Origin: Flavobacteriales bacterium
GTDB taxonomy: Bacteria; Bacteroidota; Bacteroidia; Palsa-965
Direction: 5' to 3'
Length of the DNA stretch: 64,000 nt
Assembly: GCA_040377305.1 (NCBI GenBank)
Contig: JBEIPA010000004.1
Span: 1-64,000 of the forward strand
Made by a program: the position numbers and the translations under genes. The notes beneath the pieces are model-generated. The model was given only the letters and a program-made list of their open reading frames with translations, was not told the DNA's origin and made no database searches. This document shows positions 9,454 through 17,373 of the stretch, piece by piece (positions within the stretch are counted from its first letter, which is position 1; each line of letters begins with the position of its first letter).

Positions 9454-10704
9454 ATGAAAACTCTACTCACATCAATTGTACTTCTCGCCGGCCTGACTAT
9501 CGGTGCACAGAATGCAGAATTTAAGATCACCCTTACAATGGATCAGAACCTGACCGGCGCAACCTGGACAAGCAGCACGATCCTCGATCTCTCTCCTTAT
9601 GCTTCACACTTCAATGATGTGCACGATACCACAGCGCCTATCGCAGACTACTCTGTAGCGTATCCGTTCACCATTAACTCATCCTACACTTCTTTACGTG
9701 TTCGCGATTCACGTCCGAACCTATATATGACACGCAATTTTGCTTTCGGCGTTTGGAACACGAACTCCGGAGAAATGCACATTAAGGGCGAGTGGTTGAA
9801 TCCAAACGATGAATTGTTGTATGATGTTACATTCATCGAGAACGGATTTGAATACGACATGTATAATGAAGTGTCTGCTTCAATCACAGCCGATACAAAT
9901 TATGCAGCACGCTTCACGATCCGCGTTTCTCCGAAAATGCACGCACAAGCATTTTCAGCATCTTGCTTCAACACTAACGACGGATCGATCTACGCTAAAT
10001 CTGCATCACCATACTGGGGAGTTGATGTATATCGCGATACAGTACTCGTGAATTCAGTAAGTGTAACCGGAATGGACACACTCCTCACCGGACTTGAGCA
10101 AGGAAACTATACACTGGTTCACTTGTTCATGGGTGAAGCAAACGATACACAATATGTAACGGTTGCAAGTCCCGTTCAGGTCATCAGCTCTGCTACATTG
10201 AGCGAGACCATGCCTACGATCGGAGAAACAGTAAACTTCACCAATACTTCAACCGGTGCAGCTACATACTTCTGGGATTTCAGCGACGGAAACACAAGCA
10301 CAGATACATCAACTTCACACGCATATAATCTGCACTGGACATATACAGTAACACTTACTGCTACTAATGCCGCGGGTTGCACAGACACATCAACATACAT
10401 TGTTGAAGTCGGAGCTTACTCAATTGCTGGTCCTCCGGTATTCGGAAACCGTGAAGATGAAAACACAAACGACATGGCACGCACTACAACTACACAGGTG
10501 CAATCTGCAAATAATAACGCCGCACTTTCTGTAAAAGGCGACGCGGCGATCTTACAATTCTCGGTGTTCACAATGAATGGTCAGCTCCTGTATATGGGTT
10601 CGGGAACTAACAATACATTCACTTACGGAACTCCGGGAATTTATCTTATCCAGGTTATGTATACCGATGGTTCTTCTGAAGCAAAGCAGTGGAACCTGAA
10701 TTAA
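9454..10704 (+). CDS. Secreted PKD-domain protein with T9SS type-A-like C-terminal domain
   Basis: Signal peptide MKTLLTSIVLLAG; FTNTSTGAATYFWDFSDG PKD motif; VFTMNGQL..GIYLIQV C-terminal domain. Confidence 0.8.
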   Translation: MKTLLTSIVLLAGLTIGAQNAEFKITLTMDQNLTGATWTSSTILDLSPYASHFNDVHDTTAPIADYSVAYPFTINSSYTSLRVRDSRPNLYMTRNFAFGVWNTNSGEMHIKGEWLNPNDELLYDVTFIENGFEYDMYNEVSASITADTNYAARFTIRVSPKMHAQAFSASCFNTNDGSIYAKSASPYWGVDVYRDTVLVNSVSVTGMDTLLTGLEQGNYTLVHLFMGEANDTQYVTVASPVQVISSATLSETMPTIGETVNFTNTSTGAATYFWDFSDGNTSTDTSTSHAYNLHWTYTVTLTATNAAGCTDTSTYIVEVGAYSIAGPPVFGNREDENTNDMARTTTTQVQSANNNAALSVKGDAAILQFSVFTMNGQLLYMGSGTNNTFTYGTPGIYLIQVMYTDGSSEAKQWNLN

Positions 10705-10743
10705 GAATGTGTGTTTAGTTTGTTATTGACCCTCTGAGTGGTC

Positions 10744-10779
10744 ATCCGGTCTGGAGTAGTTTCCCAGGCCGGATTTTTT
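10744..10779 (+). terminator. Intrinsic terminator
   Basis: ATCCGGTCTGG..CCAGGCCGGAT followed by T-tract. Confidence 0.75.
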
Positions 10780-10909
10780 ATTTCACACCATCAGAATTTT
10801 CTTCATTTACAAATTCAGTTACATACTTACATGCGCAAGCACAGAGGGATTCTTGGTTTACATAATGCGTGTGGCGCCGGTAATTTTGATTTCGATAAAA
10901 CCTAACAAC

Positions 10910-11521
10910 ATGAAATCAATTCTTCTATCTGCACTCTTGTTTGTTTGCATCAACAACGCGCAGGCAAACACATCACAAGAATCAACGATCTCTCTCGCTC
11001 CTGCAACAGAATGCATAATGGAAGTGCAGACCTTCGCTACAACCAGCGCTGAACTCTCAAACGGTTCCGTATACATCCGGTCAACAAACTGCGATTGGCA
11101 ACTAACCATCTCCTGCAACTCCGCAGTAGTAAATACATTTCACATCACGGGTTGCGACACATTTATCAGCGGTTTGGCAATGGGATGTTACACATTCTCT
11201 TACTCCAACGTCAATGGATCAACCGAATCAGTGAGCAAGATAATTTCAGGGCCTGCACCAATTGTAGGATCGTTTAAGTCGCACAAACTAAACCGACCAA
11301 ACGAGAATGCCATTGCATTCACAAACTATTCTACCGGAGCCGTATCCTTTGCCTGGGATTTCGGCGATGGAGAACAGTCCGCTGAAATTTCTCCGATGCA
11401 TATCTATCATTCACCAGGCACATACATTGTCTCACTAAAGGCATACAACAGATCGGGTGCTATTTCGACTGTAACCTACATGCTCGTTGTGCCGGATTCG
11501 CATCCTACGGGAATGAAATAG
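10910..11521 (+). CDS. Secreted PKD-domain protein (paralog of the central part of 9454-10704)
   Basis: Signal peptide; FTNYSTGAVSFAWDFGDG..HIYHSPGTYIVSL. Confidence 0.8.
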   Translation: MKSILLSALLFVCINNAQANTSQESTISLAPATECIMEVQTFATTSAELSNGSVYIRSTNCDWQLTISCNSAVVNTFHITGCDTFISGLAMGCYTFSYSNVNGSTESVSKIISGPAPIVGSFKSHKLNRPNENAIAFTNYSTGAVSFAWDFGDGEQSAEISPMHIYHSPGTYIVSLKAYNRSGAISTVTYMLVVPDSHPTGMK

Positions 11522-11675
11522 AGGCGATAAGGTTTTCTACAGAAAGCCTTTGATGCAAAAGATTCGTGGGATTTCTTTATTCGCAGCAAGCCCCAATAGT
11601 AGGGCCGAAACCCCTGCTTTAACAGGAATTGCCAAACTGAGATCACGAAAGCGGGAACGGGAAACCGATAACGGT

Positions 11676-11683
11676 TATCTTTG
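11676..11683 (+). promoter_or_regulatory. Bacteroidota -7 promoter element (TAnnTTTG) just before lspA
   Basis: TATCTTTG 5 nt upstream of the GTG start. Confidence 0.55.
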
Positions 11684-11688
11684 CCACC

Positions 11689-12654
11689 GTGAAAAAAACC
11701 CTCGCCATTATACTCGGTGTTTTATTCCTTGACCAGTTCATCAAGATCTGGATCAAGACCCACATGTATCTGGGCGAATCGTATCGCATTTCCGGAGAAT
11801 GGTTCTACCTGCATTTTGTGGAGAATCCCGGTATGGCATTCGGATTACAGCTGGGCGGGGATTATGGCAAATTATTGCTGAGCGTTTTCCGTCTCGCGGC
11901 AGTAGCCGGAATCGGTTGGTACTTGTTCCTGCAATTCAAGAAGAATGTTCGTCCGCTGTTGCTCATTTGCATAGGACTAATTTTCGCCGGAGCACTCGGA
12001 AACATTCTCGACAGCGTTTTCTACGGAAAGTTCTTCAATACAAGCGATGCGTGGGATCAGAACATTGCAGAGTTCATGCCTGCTGAAGGTGGTTATGCCG
12101 GATGGCTCCACGGACAAGTTGTAGACATGTTCTACTTCCCGGTAATCGAAGGAACGTGGCCCGCGTGGATGCCCGATTGGAGCTTTCTTCCTACAGAAGG
12201 CGAAGAAGTTTTATTCTTTCGTCCGGTCTTCAATATCGCAGACGCATCTATTTCCGTTGGCGTATTTCTTCTGATTGTTTTTCAGCGTCGTCTTTTCGGA
12301 AAACAAGAAGTGCTCAGCGACAAGAAAGTTCTGGCTAGTAATATTTTCTTCAGCATCGTGGTGTCCATGCTTGCGTTGTTCCTGCTGCTCACATTCACAG
12401 GAGTGTTCGCAACCAATCATCCGATTGCACCGTGGATGCGTGTTGCACTCTTCGCATGCTCGCTTGGAATTGGTTACGGACTCTTCGCCTATTTGCAGCG
12501 ATATCCGCGCTTTATTCCTGATCCGGAAGAAGTGGTTTCCAACGTTACCGATCTTCGCTCACTCGCGATGGATGAGTTGGAGAAGAATGCAGAATCCGCA
12601 AAGAAGAAACAAGACGAAGCAGATCAGTCTCAATCGAATCCTCCGGTAGAATAG
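11689..12654 (+). CDS. lspA: Lipoprotein signal peptidase II with extended C-terminus
   Basis: DQFIK, ENPGMAFG, GALGNILD, GQVVDM, PVFNIAD motifs. Confidence 0.95.
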   Translation: MKKTLAIILGVLFLDQFIKIWIKTHMYLGESYRISGEWFYLHFVENPGMAFGLQLGGDYGKLLLSVFRLAAVAGIGWYLFLQFKKNVRPLLLICIGLIFAGALGNILDSVFYGKFFNTSDAWDQNIAEFMPAEGGYAGWLHGQVVDMFYFPVIEGTWPAWMPDWSFLPTEGEEVLFFRPVFNIADASISVGVFLLIVFQRRLFGKQEVLSDKKVLASNIFFSIVVSMLALFLLLTFTGVFATNHPIAPWMRVALFACSLGIGYGLFAYLQRYPRFIPDPEEVVSNVTDLRSLAMDELEKNAESAKKKQDEADQSQSNPPVE

Positions 12655-12671
12655 TTTAGCAATACTATTTC

Positions 12672-13094
12672 ATGGCTGAAACTCCCCAATCCACCAACAA
12701 CGAACCCTGGATTGATGTGCAGGGAATAAAAATTCGTCGTCATCCCGCCTGTGAAAATGAACTCATGGGCCGCGAGCTCGTTGCGTTTGAAACATACAGC
12801 AGTGGAACCAGTGGCGGACGAAATGCGGAGTACCGAATGAAACTTTGTCGCAACGGAGAAATTCATGTTTCCGAAAATGTGCAAGTGTCCATCTATCTGG
12901 ATGGTGATGGACAAAGTTCTACTTCCGATGATTCAGATTCCGGAACATGGGAAGTTTACGAAAACGAAGACGGTGCGCTTTTCCTCAAAGTAATGATGAA
13001 AAAATCGGGTGAAGGATTCGTGAACTTTGGTTTGCAGGATGGGAAAGTGGTGATGAACGGAAGAGCGTATCATGTTGCGGATTGTGATTGTTGA
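12672..13094 (+). CDS. Hypothetical beta-rich protein
   Basis: 140-aa ORF co-oriented and 17 nt after lspA. Confidence 0.65.
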   Translation: MAETPQSTNNEPWIDVQGIKIRRHPACENELMGRELVAFETYSSGTSGGRNAEYRMKLCRNGEIHVSENVQVSIYLDGDGQSSTSDDSDSGTWEVYENEDGALFLKVMMKKSGEGFVNFGLQDGKVVMNGRAYHVADCDC

Positions 13095-13132
13095 CAGTAC
13101 TAGCTTTTTATGAATCCCTCGTTATAATTCCG

Positions 13133-13909
13133 ATGCGTTATTTGATCACAGCATTTTCACTCCTTGTATTCCACGCTTGCTGGAGTCAGACATCTTTGCC
13201 TCTTCCAGTGGAAATGCCATATAATCCCGATTCACTTGCTGCCAAACGAATTGCCTATATTCTAGTTAAAGAATACATGGACATCAGTTACGGAGCTGAA
13301 CCTCTGGTGGCAGGTGCTAGCGACAGCATTACGTTCAACGAAGACGGAACGATTTCCGAAAGATGGCAAAATGGACTCATCGATACTGCTTATGCGCGGA
13401 TACCTGATTGCGATTCCTTAAATGCGTTTCACTATACGCGTTGCGATTCAATGGGACGTGTTATCGAAAGCAGGTCGGGATCCAGATCAGATCATTATCG
13501 CTACAATAACAAGGGCGACATAGTTTATGCCGCTACAGTTGACCGGCCTGCAGAGTCGGCTGAAACCGTTTGGATAGCCTGCACAGTATACGACTCTCTC
13601 AATCGACCCGAGTATACATACTACAGACGTGGACATCTTGGATATAACTGGTCAGCCAAATCGATTGATACCACCGTTAACCGCAGTTCGTATACAAGAT
13701 ACATTTATGAGAATATGCTATTGAAGGAGGTGCATCACTACTTAGACAGTCTTACTGATCCTTCTACCGATTCCAAAACCGTATACTATTATTCAGGAAA
13801 TCGGCTGGTTCGCGTTGAGGTGCCACGTATACGTGAGCATAAGCGAAAAAAGAAGCGGGTGCCGTTCATAGCTCAGATGTGGGTCATTACTTATGGATAC
13901 AGAGAGTAA
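13133..13909 (+). CDS. Secreted protein with YD-like strands, paralog 1
   Basis: Signal peptide; DSMGRV, YNNKGD, YDSLNR repeats; ATG at 13133. Confidence 0.75.
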   Translation: MRYLITAFSLLVFHACWSQTSLPLPVEMPYNPDSLAAKRIAYILVKEYMDISYGAEPLVAGASDSITFNEDGTISERWQNGLIDTAYARIPDCDSLNAFHYTRCDSMGRVIESRSGSRSDHYRYNNKGDIVYAATVDRPAESAETVWIACTVYDSLNRPEYTYYRRGHLGYNWSAKSIDTTVNRSSYTRYIYENMLLKEVHHYLDSLTDPSTDSKTVYYYSGNRLVRVEVPRIREHKRKKKRVPFIAQMWVITYGYRE

Positions 13910-14016
13910 ACCTCAACTCCGCCCAATCATTGGTGATGTAGGGAAGTGCGTGTCATGTTACCGATTGTGATTGCTAGTCAACAGTAGCTTTTTATAAATC
14001 CGACGTTATAGTTTCG

Positions 14017-14796
14017 ATGCGATATTTGATTTCAGCATTTTCACTCCTTGTATTCCACGCTTGCTGGAGTCAGACCTCTTTGCCCCTTCCAGTGGAAATG
14101 CCCTATAATCCCGATTCAATTGCAGCCAAACGAATAGCATACATCGTGGTGGTGGAATACAATGACTATGAGTTTACGGGAAAAGTGTTGACGCCGGGTG
14201 TTCGCGACAGTATTACCTTCCATACAAACGGCACCATTGCCGAATATTGGGAGAAAGGCTTAACCGATTCTGCGTATGCACGTATTCAACATACGTGTGA
14301 TTCACTCAATGCTTTCTACTACACACATTGTGATTCAGCCGGGAGGGTCATCGAATGTCGTTCCGGTTCAATGTCATTCCACTACCGCTACAATAACAAA
14401 GGCGATGTGGTGTATTCAGCTACAATCGATCGCCCTGTTGAATCAGCTGATCAAGTTCATATCGAAAAAACGACATACGACTCTCTTAATCGGCCTGCTT
14501 ACATCTATTCAGCTCGCGGCCTGCTTGGTTATAACTATTCAACCGGACGGATGGATACAAATATCAGGGGTGATTCCTATTCGAGATACGAATATGCCAA
14601 TGGGCATCTGGTAGAAATTCAAGATTACCTCGATAGTCTTACGGCACCATCAACGGCATTCGGCATTAATTATGTCTATTCCGAAAATAAGTTAGTGCGT
14701 GTTGAAGTGCCTACTATACACGAACACAAGCAAAAAAAGAAGCAGTACACATATATTGGCAGAATGTGGACTGTGTCGTATGGCTACCGGGAATAA
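14017..14796 (+). CDS. Secreted protein with YD-like strands, paralog 2 (tandem duplicate)
   Basis: Collinear with the 13133-13909 protein; N-terminal ~40 aa nearly identical. Confidence 0.75.
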   Translation: MRYLISAFSLLVFHACWSQTSLPLPVEMPYNPDSIAAKRIAYIVVVEYNDYEFTGKVLTPGVRDSITFHTNGTIAEYWEKGLTDSAYARIQHTCDSLNAFYYTHCDSAGRVIECRSGSMSFHYRYNNKGDVVYSATIDRPVESADQVHIEKTTYDSLNRPAYIYSARGLLGYNYSTGRMDTNIRGDSYSRYEYANGHLVEIQDYLDSLTAPSTAFGINYVYSENKLVRVEVPTIHEHKQKKKQYTYIGRMWTVSYGYRE

Positions 14797-14797
14797 T

Positions 14798-15739
14798 CTA
14801 CTCCACCACAATCTTCTCCGCCTTTATCATCGTGCCCGCTTCACCCCACACACGAATGAAATACATTCCCGAATTCTCCAGCGTAAACTGAACTTGTTGT
14901 TGAGAATTCACAGGCGCAGAATAAACCACACGTCCGGAAATGTCAATTACATCGTAAGAAGCAATCGTTGTGTTTGCGTTTATAATTTGCAATGTGAAAT
15001 TCCCGTTTGAGGGATTGGGGTAAATAGAAAACTCGCTTAAAGTTTCAGTTTCGTCTACTCCTACTCCCTGACAAACGTTGCATATTGGAGTAAACAGCCA
15101 GCCTTCCTGCGATGCACTCCACTGCGCCGGTGAATTTCTTCCGGGTGCTGTAAGTCCAGAAGTTCCGGTTTGATTCTGAATCCCAACAATGCCTCGGCCC
15201 TGATTCCATCCTGCACACACGTTCTTTGTTTCAATCTGCACGGCGATTGCATTGCTGGTTTCGTACAGTACAATATGCGAGGAGCAGAATAACGTTGTGC
15301 AGCTGTACATCGGTAACGAATCGTACAAAATATGAAACTCACGATAGGGTTGTGTGCCCGTATTCCAGTAATAAACAAAGCGACCATTCGGTGCATCGAA
15401 CTTCAGGTCGTTCCATGGTGCCATGATGGAGTTCCGTGGTGTAACCGGAGAAGGAACGGGTGCAAGTATCGGCCACATGCAATAACCGTTTGCACTGTCG
15501 GTTGTGAACGTAATAATTCCGTTGGTGCCGATCAACAGTGAATCATGTTGTTCACCATAGAAGCAGAATGTAAATCCCATGTCGACACGTGAAGACCATT
15601 GATCATCCCCAGTAGAAAAAGTGCTGAACGGATTCGAGATTGCCGGAAAGTCGTATGGCGTAGAAGTCACCGTGTAGCATTGTGTTCTGGCAACGAACGA
15701 TGAAAACAGAAGGAGAATGAAGGGGAAAATTCGTTTCAT
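14798..15739 (-). CDS. T9SS type-A cargo protein (nidogen-like N-terminal domain)
   Basis: DDQWS..MGFTFCFYG..IGTNGIITF..IMAPWNDL; IYPNPSNG..GMYFIRV..KIVVE C-terminal domain. Confidence 0.8.
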   Translation of the reverse strand: MKRIFPFILLLFSSFVARTQCYTVTSTPYDFPAISNPFSTFSTGDDQWSSRVDMGFTFCFYGEQHDSLLIGTNGIITFTTDSANGYCMWPILAPVPSPVTPRNSIMAPWNDLKFDAPNGRFVYYWNTGTQPYREFHILYDSLPMYSCTTLFCSSHIVLYETSNAIAVQIETKNVCAGWNQGRGIVGIQNQTGTSGLTAPGRNSPAQWSASQEGWLFTPICNVCQGVGVDETETLSEFSIYPNPSNGNFTLQIINANTTIASYDVIDISGRVVYSAPVNSQQQVQFTLENSGMYFIRVWGEAGTMIKAEKIVVE

Positions 15740-15879
15740 GCGATGGCGTTTGCACCTTAAATGTAGCGCAATAATACAATCAACACTAACGCGCCGCGAC
15801 CGCCGGTTGAGCTTCGCTTGAGATATGCCTTTTTCGCCGTTTCACCGAGTCGCCGTGTAAAGCTCGCGCAGCGTTCGTC

Positions 15880-15945
15880 TTAAATCAACTTGTTGGCCAC
15901 GAGATATTCCGCTATCTGCACCGCACGCATTCGTCGCCGCACCTT
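15880..15945 (-). pseudogene. Diverged duplicate of the asd 3' end
   Basis: Reads KGAATN[+4 nt]AVQIAEYLVANKLI* versus asd KGAATNAVQIAEYLLANKLV*. Confidence 0.8.
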
Positions 15946-16047
15946 GTATGAGATCGCTTCAGCGATCCGCCGTGACGCGTGGGTATATATTTAGAAAACA
16001 ACGGGCTCCGTTTCGCTGTGCCGCCGTGTAAAAGCTCCGCAGGAATC

Positions 16048-17040
16048 CTAGACTAGTTTATTAGCAAGGAGATATTCCGCAATCTGCACCGCATTCGTCG
16101 CCGCACCTTTTCTCAGGTTATCGCTCACAATCCACATGTTCACCGTATTCGCCTGCGTTTCATCTCTGCGGATTCTTCCGACAAACACATCATCTTTATT
16201 ATGCGCATGCAACAACGGCATTGGATAAACGGCATTCTTAATATCATCGAGCACAGTCACGCCAGGTGATGAGGAAAGCAAGGCGCGCAATTCTGCATCG
16301 TCATAATCGTTCGCGAATTCTACGTTCACCGCTTCAGAGTGTCCGCCCATTACCGGAATACGAACCGTCGTTGCTGTAACGCGAATAGAATCATCGCGCA
16401 TAATCTTCTTCGTCTCGTTCACCATCTTCATTTCTTCTTTGGTGTAACCGTTGTCGAGGAAAACATCTATCTGCGGAATTGCATTCATGTCAATCTGATA
16501 CTTGTACGCCATCTCGCCTGTAATGCCAGCGCGCTCGTTCATCAGTTGATCAACGGCTTTCTTTCCGGTACCAGTCACCGATTGATAGGTGCTCACCACA
16601 ATACGTTTGATCCCGTATTTCTTATGAAGCGGATTCAACGCAACCACCATCTGAATCGTAGAACAATTCGGATTCGCGATAATCTTGTCGTCTTTCGTTA
16701 ACGCATCTGCATTCACTTCCGGTACGATGAGCTTTTTTGTCGGATCCATTCTCCACGCAGAAGAATTATCAATCACCGTTGCACCTGCTGCGGCAAACTT
16801 TGGCGCCCACTCCAGTGAAGTACTTCCGCCCGCAGAGAAAATTGCGATCTGCGGTTTCATGTCGATTGCAGTTTGCGCTGTGACCACTTTCCATTTCTTT
16901 CCCTTAAACTCGAGTTCTTTTCCTGCTGAACGCTCGGAAGCAACAGGAATAAGTTCAGTAACAGGGAAGTTTCTCTCCGTGAGAATCTCCAGCATTTTTG
17001 TGCCTACAAGTCCGGTGGCACCTACGACTGCAATTTTCAT
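16048..17040 (-). CDS. asd: Aspartate-semialdehyde dehydrogenase
   Basis: VVGATGLVG, IDNSSAWRM, IIANPNCSTIQ, DNLRKGAATNAVQIAE. Confidence 0.97.
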   Translation of the reverse strand: MKIAVVGATGLVGTKMLEILTERNFPVTELIPVASERSAGKELEFKGKKWKVVTAQTAIDMKPQIAIFSAGGSTSLEWAPKFAAAGATVIDNSSAWRMDPTKKLIVPEVNADALTKDDKIIANPNCSTIQMVVALNPLHKKYGIKRIVVSTYQSVTGTGKKAVDQLMNERAGITGEMAYKYQIDMNAIPQIDVFLDNGYTKEEMKMVNETKKIMRDDSIRVTATTVRIPVMGGHSEAVNVEFANDYDDAELRALLSSSPGVTVLDDIKNAVYPMPLLHAHNKDDVFVGRIRRDETQANTVNMWIVSDNLRKGAATNAVQIAEYLLANKLV

Positions 17041-17060
17041 ATTTCCCATTTACAAGTCAG

Positions 17061-17129
17061 CCTTCGACTCCGCTCAGTCCGACAATTAACTTCAGTGAAT
17101 CCTTTTGTCATCCCGAGCGGAGTCGAGGG
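17061..17129. repeat. Inverted pair of REP-like GTCATCC.GAGCGGAGTCGA.GG units
   Basis: CCTTCGACTCCGCTCAGTCCGACA (17061-17084) versus TGTCATCCCGAGCGGAGTCGAGGG (17106-17129); related unit at ~24512-24536. Confidence 0.75.
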
Positions 17130-17132
17130 AGA

Positions 17133-17166
17133 CAAAAAGAAAGCCTTTCTGATCAGGAAAGGCTTC
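17133..17166 (-). terminator. Attenuator terminator in the asd 5' leader
   Basis: Minus strand GAAGCCTTTC-CTGATCA-GAAAGGCTTTC-TTTTT. Confidence 0.8.
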
Positions 17167-17199
17167 GTTGTATTATGTAAACACACGCTTTTGCCCTTC

Positions 17200-17247
17200 C
17201 TAACGGAAAAGTTTCTTCATGTGTTTCTTTGTGCAATTGATAATCAC
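17200..17247 (-). promoter_or_regulatory. Putative leader peptide MIINCTKKHMKKLFR (or MKKLFR from ATG 17220) of an asd attenuator
   Basis: Short ORF rich in Ile/Asn/Thr/Lys/Met codons; GGAAGGGC at the stop can pair with the terminator 5' arm GCCTTTCC. Confidence 0.65.
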
Positions 17248-17373
17248 AGCGCAAATATGACAAAATTCTCATTTCCACGCACAAATATTTCACTATTTGT
17301 TAGCAATAGATTTCACTTCGCCCAAGTGATTCGCTTACCTTAGCAACCGAGCGAATCCGCCCTACATCTGTCA

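Noticed and set aside
13133-14796. Diversity-generating retroelement or Rhs toxin interpretation of the paralog pair
   Set aside because: No reverse transcriptase, differences not adenine-restricted, no Rhs core or toxin/immunity layout
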